In this document: piece by piece, positions 18,455 to 27,432 of the stretch | Layout of the letters: each line of letters begins with the position of its first letter | Position numbering within the stretch: position 1 is the stretch's first letter | Assembly: GCA_038063535.1 (NCBI GenBank) | Contig: JBBTUV010000004.1 | Coordinates: 20,530-84,529, forward strand | Length of the DNA stretch: 64,000 nt | Direction of reading: 5' to 3' | From: Patescibacteria group bacterium | GTDB taxonomy: Bacteria > Patescibacteriota > Minisyncoccia > Phycocordibacterales > UBA9973 | The notes under the pieces: generated by a model | The model's database searches: none | Told to the model about the DNA's origin: nothing | What the model saw: the letters and a program-made list of their open reading frames with translations, nothing else | Position numbers and translations under genes: made by a program

Positions 18455-18617
18455 AATTAAAATTCATGCCCGAGCGATTCAATTTTTTCAAAAACCCGAA
18501 CGGCGCCTCGCGCCTAGTGGGTTATACTATGATGTAAGTAATCGACCTGTCCCGTATGAGGCTTCGCCTTCGTTCGGGACTACGTAATACTTTAAGTAAA
18601 TGTTATAATATATTCCT

Positions 18618-19013
18618 ATGAGCACAGCATCTCTCCTCTATCTCTTCGGGACACTAGGCGCGCTCGACACCCTTTATCTTATATATCACAAGATCCGGGG
18701 GACTGATGTTGCCTGCCCTTTCTTTCCGAAAGAGTGGTGTCGGACGGTGCAATACAGCCCCCAGAGTAAAACGCTCGGTATTCCCAATTCGTTTCTCGGC
18801 TTTGGCATGTATGTTGCGATTCTCGCGCTCACCTATCTCCATGCCGGCGGGGCAGTGGCCTTTTGGCCGATTCAGGCGATCGTAACTTTCGGCTTTTTGT
18901 TTTCCCTCTACTTTACTTACGTGCAGGCCTTTGTGCTTCGGGCGTTCTGCACCTGGTGCGTCATTTCCGCGATAAATTTCACAATCATGTTTCTCGCGGT
19001 CTGGTTTTCATAA
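18618..19013 (+). CDS. Vitamin K epoxide reductase (VKOR) family protein
   Basis: It has four predicted TM helices, loop cysteines (CPFF...C) and an active-site CTWC (CXXC) at the start of the last helix. Confidence 0.75.
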   Translation: MSTASLLYLFGTLGALDTLYLIYHKIRGTDVACPFFPKEWCRTVQYSPQSKTLGIPNSFLGFGMYVAILALTYLHAGGAVAFWPIQAIVTFGFLFSLYFTYVQAFVLRAFCTWCVISAINFTIMFLAVWFS

Positions 19014-19022
19014 CTGCGAACA

Positions 19023-19292
19023 ATGCCTGATCCGATAGAACATATCGATAAGACGCTGCGCGACGCGCAAGAGATGGCAGGGAAGTATACTCAGCCGGTC
19101 CTTAGGCGCTATCCGTTACTTTTCGCTCTTCTCCTTGCCTTCGGCGCGGCGGCTCTTTTTACCGGCTTTCACCTCTGGGCCGAGACGGTTCCACTTTTTC
19201 ACGAACGGCCCGCGATTCTCATTTTCATCGGTGTAATCGTCCTTTTCCTCACCGGCACTCTCTACAAAACCCTCGACAAAGGCCCCCACTAA
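19023..19292 (+). CDS. Small membrane protein (two TM helices)
   Basis: 89 aa, immediately downstream of the VKOR gene. Confidence 0.45.
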   Translation: MPDPIEHIDKTLRDAQEMAGKYTQPVLRRYPLLFALLLAFGAAALFTGFHLWAETVPLFHERPAILIFIGVIVLFLTGTLYKTLDKGPH

Positions 19293-19375
19293 CCCTACAT
19301 CCCTACAAACTGGAGTTTGTTAGGATGTTGTTGCACTCTTGATATGTTACAATCTTCCGTTTTTCCACTTTTAAA

Positions 19376-19384
19376 TGATATAAT
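19376..19384 (+). promoter_or_regulatory. Extended -10 element TGaTATAAT, leaderless start for the downstream ORF/metK transcript
   Basis: TGATATAAT ends 6 nt before the ATG at 19391. Confidence 0.4.
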
Positions 19385-19390
19385 CCCGGT

Positions 19391-19594
19391 ATGAAAGGTT
19401 ATGTGGACAATATCGAGAAGCTCGCGCTTGCGAACGACAATTTTCGCAAGGTCCTTATCGTAAACGGGAGGGCGGAGCCGATGAAGCTCTATACTCTCTA
19501 TATGCCCCCGCACCACAGAGACGGGGTTGTCCACAAGACGAAGGCGGAAGCCGAAGCGGACACCGAGCACTGGCAGGGAGAGACGACCGAATAA
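19391..19594 (+). CDS. Small hypothetical protein upstream of metK (alternatively part of a metK 5' leader)
   Basis: 67-aa ORF ending 3 nt before the metK ATG. No family recognised. Confidence 0.3.
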   Translation: MKGYVDNIEKLALANDNFRKVLIVNGRAEPMKLYTLYMPPHHRDGVVHKTKAEAEADTEHWQGETTE

Positions 19595-19597
19595 CCG

Positions 19598-20536
19598 ATG
19601 ATTAAAACCGCTGAATTTGTGAGCCCGAAGCATCCTGATAAGCTCTGCGATTTTATCGCCGATTCGATCCTTGACGTGTATCTTGCGAAGGACAAAGAAA
19701 GCCGCGGAGCGATCGAGGTGATGGGCGGGCACGGCTTGCTCACGATAAACGGAGAAGTTCGGAGCGGCGAGCGTCCAGATGTCGAGAAAATAGTGAAAAG
19801 GATAGTCGGCGAGGCTTATAAGGTGATAGTCAATATTGCTATCCAAAGCCCGGAAATCGCGCGCGGAGTGGATGCGGGCGGCGCGGGCGATCAGGGTATA
19901 ATGCGCGGGTACGCCACGGCCGAGACCGCGAGCATGATGCCGCTTGAGTACGAACTTGCGCGGAACTTATGCATGAAGATTTTCGAGCGTTATCCTTACG
20001 ACGGAAAAACACAGGTGACGGTCGAGAACGGCAAGGCCAAGATAGTGGTCGCGAGTTTTCAGAACACAAAGAACACCGAGCTTCTGCCCTATGTAAAAAG
20101 TATTATCGAAGCGGAGGAATATTTAATTAATCCCGCCGGCGAGTGGTCGCTCGGGGGGTTTGACGCTGATGCGGGGCTCTCCGGCAGAAAAATAATCGTG
20201 GATAATTACGGGCCGGAAGTTCCGGCGGGCGGCGGGTCTTTTTCCGGGAAAGATTACACGAAAGTCGATCGCTCCGGCGCGTATATGGCAAGGAAGATCG
20301 CGGTGGATTACCTCAAAAAATTCAATGCGAAGAAAGTCAAAACCGCGCTTGCCTACGCGATCGGGAAAGCCGAGCCGGTCGCGGCCGTCGCGAGAGTGGA
20401 CGGAAAAGAGATCCCGATCGAGGGCTATGATCTCTCGCCTCTGGGGATCAAGCGGTTTCTCAAGCTTGATCAGGTGAAATTTGCGGAAACTGCGAACTGG
20501 GGCCACTTCGGGAGAGGATTTTCTTGGGATAAATAA
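19598..20536 (+). CDS. metK: S-adenosylmethionine synthetase, minimal 312-aa form
   Basis: It has HPDKLCDFIADSILD, GAGDQGIMRGYATAET, GRKIIVDNYG..GGGSFSGKDYTKVDRSGAY and a C-terminal GHFGR. It is about 70 aa shorter than canonical bacterial MetK. Confidence 0.9.
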   Translation: MIKTAEFVSPKHPDKLCDFIADSILDVYLAKDKESRGAIEVMGGHGLLTINGEVRSGERPDVEKIVKRIVGEAYKVIVNIAIQSPEIARGVDAGGAGDQGIMRGYATAETASMMPLEYELARNLCMKIFERYPYDGKTQVTVENGKAKIVVASFQNTKNTELLPYVKSIIEAEEYLINPAGEWSLGGFDADAGLSGRKIIVDNYGPEVPAGGGSFSGKDYTKVDRSGAYMARKIAVDYLKKFNAKKVKTALAYAIGKAEPVAAVARVDGKEIPIEGYDLSPLGIKRFLKLDQVKFAETANWGHFGRGFSWDK

Positions 20537-20554
20537 CTCTGGTATAATCTCGGG

Positions 20555-21610
20555 GTGAAAAAGGTGGTTTTTGTAGGATTATCCGGCGGGGTTGATAGTG
20601 CCGTTTCGGCGGCGCTCTTGAAACAGAAAGGCTACGAAGTAGTCGGGGTCTTTATGCAGACTTGGCATCCGGAATTTTTGGAATGCAACGAGGAGGAAGA
20701 GCGCCGCGACGCTATGCGCGTCGCGGCTGCGCTCGACATCCCGTTCCTTACTTTCGATTTTGAAAAAGTTTATAAAAAAGAAGTGGCGGACTATATGATA
20801 GCCGAGTACCGCGCAGGACGGACGCCGAACCCGGATGTGATGTGCAACAAGGAAGTGAAGTTCGGCGCGTTTTTGCGCAAGGCGCTCGCGATGGGGGCTG
20901 ACTATGTTGCGACGGGGCATTACGCCAAGCTACGCAAATATAGCAAAAATTCGCCTTTGCTACACTTGCTGCGCGGGCGCGACGGCGCCAAGGACCAAAG
21001 CTATTTTCTTTGGACGCTCACGCAAAAACAGTTAAGTAAAATCTTGTTTCCCGTGGGGGATCTGAAAAAGAGCGAAGTGCGCAGGCTCGCGAAGAAGCTC
21101 GGGCTTCCGGTCTCGGAGAAAAAGGACAGCCAAGGCATCTGCTTCCTCGGCGAAGTTGATCTCAAAAAATTTCTTAAGCATTACATCAAAGAAAAAAAAG
21201 GAAAAGTTGTGAGCGATATGGGGGAGGTGATCGGCCGGCACGACGGAGTCTTTTTTCATACGCTCGGGGAGCGGCGCGGTTTTACTATCACCAAGAAAAG
21301 TCCAAAGGACAGGCCTTACTATATCGTCGGTAAGAATGTAAAAAAGAATATTTTAGTCGTTTCACAGAGATTTCCCCCTGACAAGGGGGAAGCAAAAGGG
21401 GTTCTGGAACTTAAAAATATTAATTGGATTTCGGGAGTTCCCAAAGAAAATAAAAAGTATACAGCGCAAGTCAGGTACCACGGGGAAAAAGTCCCATGCA
21501 AAATAAGCGGGAGGGGAGTCGTCTTCGAAAAGCCGGTCCTTGCGGCCGCGGGGCAGTCGGCGGTGATCTATGACGGGGATGTTTGCCTGGGCGGGGGAGT
21601 TATCATATAA
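20555..21610 (+). CDS. mnmA: tRNA-specific 2-thiouridylase
   Basis: It has a PP-loop SGGVDS, conserved Cys and the MnmA C-terminal domains. Confidence 0.9.
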   Translation: MKKVVFVGLSGGVDSAVSAALLKQKGYEVVGVFMQTWHPEFLECNEEEERRDAMRVAAALDIPFLTFDFEKVYKKEVADYMIAEYRAGRTPNPDVMCNKEVKFGAFLRKALAMGADYVATGHYAKLRKYSKNSPLLHLLRGRDGAKDQSYFLWTLTQKQLSKILFPVGDLKKSEVRRLAKKLGLPVSEKKDSQGICFLGEVDLKKFLKHYIKEKKGKVVSDMGEVIGRHDGVFFHTLGERRGFTITKKSPKDRPYYIVGKNVKKNILVVSQRFPPDKGEAKGVLELKNINWISGVPKENKKYTAQVRYHGEKVPCKISGRGVVFEKPVLAAAGQSAVIYDGDVCLGGGVII

Positions 21611-21617
21611 TTAGACA

Positions 21618-22061
21618 ATGGAACAATTTTTCTCTATCGACGGCGATATAGTTCTCCGACTCGTGGTTGCGCTCGCGCTCGGCATGGTGATCGGCGCGGA
21701 GCGGTATCTCGTGCATAAAGAAGCGGGAGTAAAGACGCATGCGCTCATCTCGCTCGGCTCGGCGATCTTCGTGATCATCGGCCTCGCCGGGCCGGAGCCG
21801 GCGCGTGTCGCTTCGCAAATCATCGTCGGCATCGGATTTCTCGGAGCCGGCTCGATCATTTTCCAAGGTTCACGCTTGACCGGGCTTACTACGGCTGTGG
21901 GCTTTTGGGTTACCGCCGGCATCGGCATGGCGGCGGGGTTTAAATTCTATTCGCTTGCCGTTTTGGCGACAATCCTTACGCTTTTCGTGCTCGTCGCCGG
22001 CAATTTTATAGAGAAACCGATCAGAAAAATTTCAGAAGAGGCAGATCAAAACAAGGTTTAG
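21618..22061 (+). CDS. MgtC/SapB family membrane protein
   Basis: The GAERY..HKEAGVKTH..LGSAIF..GFLGAGSI signature is present. 147 aa. Confidence 0.8.
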   Translation: MEQFFSIDGDIVLRLVVALALGMVIGAERYLVHKEAGVKTHALISLGSAIFVIIGLAGPEPARVASQIIVGIGFLGAGSIIFQGSRLTGLTTAVGFWVTAGIGMAAGFKFYSLAVLATILTLFVLVAGNFIEKPIRKISEEADQNKV

Positions 22062-22062
22062 C

Positions 22063-23673
22063 ATGGATGCAAATGAGGTCAGAGATAAGTTCCTAAAGTT
22101 TTTCGAAAAGAGAGGTCATAAAATAATTCCTTCTTCTTCACTTGTGCCGGAAAACGACCCGTCGGTGCTTTTTACCACCGCCGGCATGCAGCAATTCAAG
22201 CCCTACTACACGGCGCCCGAGAACGCGGTCCGTGATTTCGGCGCGAAGAACGTCGCCTCGGCGCAGAAATGTGTCCGTACCTCGGACATCGACGAAGTCG
22301 GCGACGACACTCATCTGACATTTTTCGAAATGCTCGGGAATTTCTCTTTCGGCGGATATTGGAAAGAAGAAGCAATAAAATACGCGCACGAATTTATCAC
22401 CAAAGAGCTCGGGCTCAGGATAGATTACGTTTCTGTTTTCGAAGGAGATGCAGAAACTTCTGCCGACGAAGAATCGCGAGCAATTTGGGCGGAAATCGAT
22501 TCGAGCCTGGAAATCAAGAATCACAATCGAGCAGATAATTTCTGGGGTCCGACCGGGGAGGAAGGCCCCTGCGGTCCGACGACGGAGATATACGTAAATG
22601 GAGTGGAAATTTGGAATCTTGTTTTCAACGAATTTTATAAAACCAAAGACGGAAAGTATGAAAATCTAGAAACAAAAGGAGTAGATACAGGCATGGGTCT
22701 AGAGCGTCTCTTGGTGCAGATCCAAAAGAAAACTAATGTCTATGAGACCGATCTCTTTGGCGGAGAGAAAACGAGGGAAGAAAGAATTATCGCCGACCAT
22801 GTAAAGGCATCACTTTTTTTAATAGCTGACGGCGTGAGGCCTTCGAACACCGGTGCGGGCTACGTGCTTCGCCGTCTGATACGTCGAGCAGTCCGGCTTT
22901 CTGAAAGACCGCTGGCGGAGGCCGCGAACAAAATAAAAAATATATATTTAAATATATACGATCTTGATGACGAGGGAGTTATCGAGAAAGAAGAAAAAAA
23001 ATTCCGGGAAACACTCGCGAAGGGGCTCAAGGAGTTCGAGCGCGGCACGGACCCCTTCGTTCTTTTCACGACCTACGGCTTTCCGATCGAGCTTACGCTT
23101 GAGCTTGCAAAAGAAAAAGGAAAAATAATCAACCTCGAGAGTTTCGAGCAAAAAATGGTGGAGCATCAGAAGCTCTCGCAAACCTCGAGTGCCGGCATGT
23201 TCAAAGGGGGGCTTGCCAACAGCGAACCGAAAACCATTCGCAATCATACTGCGCATCACCTGCTCCTCGCTGCGCTTCAAGCAATTCTAGGGAAAAGCGT
23301 AAAACAGCGCGGCTCAAACATAAACGAAGAGCGCTTGCGGATGGATTTTTCATACGAGCGCAAATTGAGCGATGAAGAAAAGAAAAAAGTCGAAGACTGG
23401 GTAAACGACAAGGTCAAGCGGGGTTTAAAAGTAGAGAGGCGGGAGATGCCGCGCGAAGAAGCTGAGAAGCTCGGCGCGGAGATGGAATTCGGCGCGAAAT
23501 ATCCGGCGATTGTGTCCATATATATGATACTCGACGAGAAAGGTAACCCTCTTTCGAAAGAATTCTGCGGCGGACCGCATGTCGGAAACACCCGGGAGCT
23601 TGGAGAGTTCAAGATCCAAAAAGAAGAGGCGGTCTCGGCCGGGATTCGCAGGATAAAGGCTATTTTGCTATAA
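22063..23673 (+). CDS. alaS: Alanine--tRNA ligase, compact form (catalytic + tRNA-recognition + editing core, no C-Ala domain)
   Basis: It has FTTAGMQQFKPYY and FEMLGNFSFGGYW, the editing motifs HTAHHLL and CGGPHV, and only 536 aa. Confidence 0.9.
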   Translation: MDANEVRDKFLKFFEKRGHKIIPSSSLVPENDPSVLFTTAGMQQFKPYYTAPENAVRDFGAKNVASAQKCVRTSDIDEVGDDTHLTFFEMLGNFSFGGYWKEEAIKYAHEFITKELGLRIDYVSVFEGDAETSADEESRAIWAEIDSSLEIKNHNRADNFWGPTGEEGPCGPTTEIYVNGVEIWNLVFNEFYKTKDGKYENLETKGVDTGMGLERLLVQIQKKTNVYETDLFGGEKTREERIIADHVKASLFLIADGVRPSNTGAGYVLRRLIRRAVRLSERPLAEAANKIKNIYLNIYDLDDEGVIEKEEKKFRETLAKGLKEFERGTDPFVLFTTYGFPIELTLELAKEKGKIINLESFEQKMVEHQKLSQTSSAGMFKGGLANSEPKTIRNHTAHHLLLAALQAILGKSVKQRGSNINEERLRMDFSYERKLSDEEKKKVEDWVNDKVKRGLKVERREMPREEAEKLGAEMEFGAKYPAIVSIYMILDEKGNPLSKEFCGGPHVGNTRELGEFKIQKEEAVSAGIRRIKAILL

Positions 23674-23684
23674 TAAAAGGGATT

Positions 23685-24851
23685 ATGGGAATTTTTTCTC
23701 GCGGGAGTAAAAAGACATTGGCGGCGGTTTTTGACATTGGTTCGTCTTCCGTCGGGGGAGCGCTAGTCGCGCTTTCGAAAGGTAAGGCGCCGGAGATACT
23801 CTTTGCCGCGCGTGAGCCGATACTCGTTCTTCCTGAACTTGACCCGGATCAATTCCTTTCGCTTACCCTGAAATCTCTCGAGGCCGTGGCGGCGGCTGTC
23901 GCGGCCAGTAAAGCAGGAGCACCGGAGAAAATTTTCGCTGTCCTCGGTTCACCCTGGTACAGCTCGCAGACTCGGATGATCCGGATGGAGAAGAACAGCG
24001 AATTTGCTTTTTCCGCGAAGTTGGCGGACGAACTGGTCGCCAAGGAACTTACTCAATTTAGAGAGGAGCACGAGCTCAAATATCTCGCTGACGAGGAAAA
24101 GGTTGTGCCGATCGAACTGAAAAACATGAGGATCGCCTTAAACGGATATGTTACGCCCGAGCCGATCGGCAAACGCGCTTCAAAGCTCGAGATGACGATA
24201 TTCGTTTCAATGAGCGGCCGGCAATTTCTCAACAAAGTGAGAGAAACGATGGGAAAACATTTTCACCGGGACGAGGTTAAGTTCTCGTCTTTCCTTATGG
24301 CGTCTTTCACCGCGGTGCGTGATCTTTATCCAGCTTCGCAGTTTCTCCTCTTAGATGGGGGAGGCGAGCTGACCACGGTTTCGCTCGTGAAAGGGGATAT
24401 TCTCTCCGAGTCGGGCACCTTTGCCATTGGGCACAACTTTATTATCCGGGAAACAGCACGGGAGCTGGGAAAGACCCTTCCCGACGCGAAGACACTTTTC
24501 ATGCTTTTCAAAGAGGGGCATGAGAGCGAACGGCAGAAAGTGAAGCTTGAGAATGCGATCGGCGCAGCGCGGGCCAAATGGCTCGAAGCTTTCCAGAAGT
24601 CGCTTGCCACTCTCTCGGGAGATATCTCCATTCCCTCGGATGTTTATGTGACGGCAGACCCGGACTTCGCCGAATTTTTCGCCGATGCGATCAAGGGCGA
24701 GCAACTCTCGCAGTACACGCTGACCGATTCGAAACTCCAGGTCCATCTCTTCAATCCGGATTCGATCACCGGCAAAATGTCGTTTTCGGCGAACGCCCGG
24801 CATGACCCGATCCTCTCGCTTGAGTCGGTTTATATTAATCGCTATCTTTGA
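23685..24851 (+). CDS. Actin-fold ATPase of the FtsA/PilM family
   Basis: The phosphate-1 motif is AAVFDIGSSSVGGAL and the phosphate-2-like motif is LLLDGGGELTTVSLV. 388 aa. Confidence 0.6.
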   Translation: MGIFSRGSKKTLAAVFDIGSSSVGGALVALSKGKAPEILFAAREPILVLPELDPDQFLSLTLKSLEAVAAAVAASKAGAPEKIFAVLGSPWYSSQTRMIRMEKNSEFAFSAKLADELVAKELTQFREEHELKYLADEEKVVPIELKNMRIALNGYVTPEPIGKRASKLEMTIFVSMSGRQFLNKVRETMGKHFHRDEVKFSSFLMASFTAVRDLYPASQFLLLDGGGELTTVSLVKGDILSESGTFAIGHNFIIRETARELGKTLPDAKTLFMLFKEGHESERQKVKLENAIGAARAKWLEAFQKSLATLSGDISIPSDVYVTADPDFAEFFADAIKGEQLSQYTLTDSKLQVHLFNPDSITGKMSFSANARHDPILSLESVYINRYL

Positions 24852-24863
24852 TAAAATATACCA

Positions 24864-26147
24864 ATGCCTAAAAATTTGCTTCAAGACTTCCGAATGAAAA
24901 AGGGTTCCCCCGAGGAAAAAGCCCCGCCACTCTCTCCGACTCCGCCAGCGAGGAATACGGAAAGCTATGAAAACTATTCCGACTTTTCCTACTCAGGAGA
25001 GGAGCCCGCTCCAGGCAGCCGGTCCAAGTACGGTCTCTGGGTTGTGGCGCTGGTTTCAGTCGGTTTTCTTCTCTTCGCCCTCTCCTTTTTATTTACGAAG
25101 GCGAAAGTCGTAGTTGTTCCGAAAAGCTTCGATGAAAATTTGAGCTTGAACCTTTCTGCGACGAAAGATTCGGCGGATCCCACCGCACTTTCTTACGATT
25201 TGGTAGTGCTTGAGGGCATCGAAGAAAAAAGCGTGGCGGCTGGTACGGAGGAAGATGTCCGCGTGCCTGCGACCGGACGAGTGGTGATTTACAATGCTTT
25301 CAGTACGGCTCCGCAGCTACTGGCGATCGAGACGCGTCTCGAGGGCTCGAATGGGAAAATTTACAAAACCGATACCAAGCTCACAGTCCCTGGCATGAAA
25401 GGAAGCTCCCCGGGCTCGATCGAAGTCGGCGTCTACGCAGCCGAAGCCGGGCCGGATTACAATTCCGAGCCGCTTGATTTTAAGATATTCGGATTCAAAG
25501 GAACACCGAAGTATACGAAGTTCTACGCGCGAGGGAAGGGCGAGATCTCAGGAGGATTCATCGGCAAGCGTACGGTGGTCGCTCCGGCGGACCGCGATCG
25601 GGCGGTAGCTGAGCTCAGGATCGGCCTCCAATCAAAACTTTACAAGAAGGCAGCGGATCAATTGCCCGCCGGATTTATTCTTTTCAAGGGCGCAACGGTG
25701 CTCGATGTGCCTGAATCAGGAATTTCCGCGGAGCCAGACGCGAGCGGTGGAACAACGCTCTCGATCAGGGGCACTCTCTCCGGAGTTCTTTTTGACGAGA
25801 AGAAACTCGCGAAGAAAATTGCGGAGAATACCGTCCCGAAATACAACCAGGAAGATGTTTTTATTCCGAACTTCGGCTTGCTCGACTTTTCCCTGACCGG
25901 ACTTGTCGGGGCGCTGGCGGAAGCGAACAACGTGGTTTTCAATCTCACCGGCCCGGCCAAGATCGTTTATGGGCTAGATCAGAAGAAAATAGCCGAAGAT
26001 CTTGCCGGAAAGGCGAAAAAAGAATACAATGCGATTCTCTCCACTTACCCCGTCGTCTCCGCCGAGCTCGTCCTGCGACCTTTCTGGAAAACCTCTTTCC
26101 CCGAGAAACCGGAAGACATCGAGATCAAGGTGAACTACCCGCAGTAA
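24864..26147 (+). CDS. Bitopic membrane protein (cytoplasmic N-tail, one TM helix, ~340-aa extracytoplasmic domain); partner of the FtsA/PilM-like gene
   Basis: The TM helix is YGLWVVALVSVGFLLFALSFLF. This is the topology expected of FtsQ/PilN/PilO-type partners but larger. No family recognised. Confidence 0.55.
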   Translation: MPKNLLQDFRMKKGSPEEKAPPLSPTPPARNTESYENYSDFSYSGEEPAPGSRSKYGLWVVALVSVGFLLFALSFLFTKAKVVVVPKSFDENLSLNLSATKDSADPTALSYDLVVLEGIEEKSVAAGTEEDVRVPATGRVVIYNAFSTAPQLLAIETRLEGSNGKIYKTDTKLTVPGMKGSSPGSIEVGVYAAEAGPDYNSEPLDFKIFGFKGTPKYTKFYARGKGEISGGFIGKRTVVAPADRDRAVAELRIGLQSKLYKKAADQLPAGFILFKGATVLDVPESGISAEPDASGGTTLSIRGTLSGVLFDEKKLAKKIAENTVPKYNQEDVFIPNFGLLDFSLTGLVGALAEANNVVFNLTGPAKIVYGLDQKKIAEDLAGKAKKEYNAILSTYPVVSAELVLRPFWKTSFPEKPEDIEIKVNYPQ

Positions 26148-26156
26148 ATATTTATA

Positions 26157-26381
26157 ATGAACGAACGCAAAAATGAAATGACGGTGCGGGGAGTGGTGAC
26201 CGAAGCTCTACCTTCGACTTTGTTCCGGGTAAAAACCGGGAACGGCGGTGAAGAGAAAGAAATTTTGGCGTACCTCTCAGGGAAAATGCGGATGCACCGG
26301 ATCAAGGTACTGATCGGCGACGCGGTCGAGATAGTACTTGACCAATACGGGGGAAAGGGCCGAATAGTGAAAAGGCTTTAG
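26157..26381 (+). CDS. infA: Translation initiation factor IF-1
   Basis: The S1-like fold (GVVTEALPSTLFRV...LSGKMRMHRIKVLIGD) aligns to IF-1. Confidence 0.9.
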   Translation: MNERKNEMTVRGVVTEALPSTLFRVKTGNGGEEKEILAYLSGKMRMHRIKVLIGDAVEIVLDQYGGKGRIVKRL

Positions 26382-26387
26382 TCAAGA

Positions 26388-26416
26388 TTGTAATAATTAT
26401 AGGGATAGTGTATAAT
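26388..26416 (+). promoter_or_regulatory. Promoter TTGTAA-17 nt-TATAAT (extended TGt) ahead of rpmJ-rpsM-rpsK-rpsD-rpoA
   Basis: The -10 is perfect with an upstream TG, the spacer is 17 nt, and it lies 80 nt upstream of rpmJ. Confidence 0.55.
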
Positions 26417-26495
26417 ACCGGGGCAGTATAAACGAATAGTTATACGTTGAAAAATAAGGGTCTTTCCCTTGTTTTTCTCTTACACTGATTGAGTT

Positions 26496-26606
26496 ATGAA
26501 AATTAGGTCGGCCGTGCAAAAAATTTGCGAGAATTGCAAGATCGTCAGACGCAAAAGACACTTGTGGGTCATTTGCACGAACCCCAAACACAAACAAAAG
26601 CAATAA
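26496..26606 (+). CDS. rpmJ: Ribosomal protein L36 (below the ORF-track cutoff; found by translation)
   Basis: It translates to [36 protein letters not shown], the canonical L36 zinc-ribbon signature. Its stop overlaps the rpsM ATG (TAATG). Confidence 0.9.
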   Translation: MKIRSAVQKICENCKIVRRKRHLWVICTNPKHKQKQ

Positions 26607-26986
26607 TGAGAATATCGGGCATCACAGTTCCAGATGACAAGCGTCTTCTAATCGGTCTCACCGCTTTTTACGGCATCGGCAGATCAAAAGCAAGGCAAAT
26701 TTTAACGACTGCCGGGGTTTCTCCAAGCAAGCGCGCCAAGGAGCTTACTCCGGAGGAAGAGAGCAAGATCCGCGTGATCGTGGAAGCTACTTCGATCGAG
26801 GGAAATTTGAAAAGAGAGATCGCCGCGAACGTGAAGCGCTTGAAGGACATTAAAAGTTACCGCGGCATTCGGCATCTGCGCCGCCTGCCGGTGCGGGGTC
26901 AGCGAACCAAGACTAATTCCCGAACAGTAAGAGGGAACGTCCGAAAGACGATGGCCTCGGGAAGACGCAAGGAGAGCAAAACATAA
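26606..26986 (+). CDS. rpsM: Ribosomal protein S13
   Basis: [25 protein letters not shown] and the C-terminal YRGIRHLRRLPVRGQRTKTN are present. The start is set at the Met overlapping the rpmJ stop. Confidence 0.95.
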   Translation: MRISGITVPDDKRLLIGLTAFYGIGRSKARQILTTAGVSPSKRAKELTPEEESKIRVIVEATSIEGNLKREIAANVKRLKDIKSYRGIRHLRRLPVRGQRTKTNSRTVRGNVRKTMASGRRKESKT

Positions 26987-26992
26987 TTAGCG

Positions 26993-27430
26993 ATGGGTAA
27001 AACAAAGATCGTAGAAGAAAAAAAAGAAGCGGAAGGAAACGCGAAACCGGAAGCAAAAACTTCAGCAAAAAGCTCGAAGAAGAAAATAACCTCCGGGGTC
27101 GTTTACATTGATGCCACTTTTAATAACACGAAAGTTCTCTTCACGGATAAAATCGGTAACACGATTTTTTGGTCTACCGCCGGGGCACTTGGATTCCGTG
27201 GAGCAAAGAAAGGAACACCTTTTGCCGCCGGTAAAGTGGGTGATCTGGTCGGCGGAAAAATGGCCGCGGCCGGGGTGGCGAATGCGGATGTAGTTGTGCG
27301 CGGAGTCGGATCTGGCCGGGAACCGGCGATCCGCTCGGTATCGGCGCACGGGATCGAAATAACTTCGATCCGAGATGCAACCCCGATCCCGCATAACGGT
27401 CCGAAACCCAAAAAGCCAAGGAGAGTATAG
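26993..27430 (+). CDS. rpsK: Ribosomal protein S11
   Basis: The Lys-rich N-tail is followed by the conserved S11 core (VYIDATFNNT, PFAAGKVG, GREPAIR). Confidence 0.95.
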   Translation: MGKTKIVEEKKEAEGNAKPEAKTSAKSSKKKITSGVVYIDATFNNTKVLFTDKIGNTIFWSTAGALGFRGAKKGTPFAAGKVGDLVGGKMAAAGVANADVVVRGVGSGREPAIRSVSAHGIEITSIRDATPIPHNGPKPKKPRRV

Positions 27431-27432
27431 AT

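Noticed and set aside
19295-19846. 183-aa minus-strand ORF overlapping the small ORF and the metK N-terminus
   Set aside because: It is antisense to a high-confidence metK and shows low-complexity R/L/H-rich translation typical of GC-rich antisense frames.
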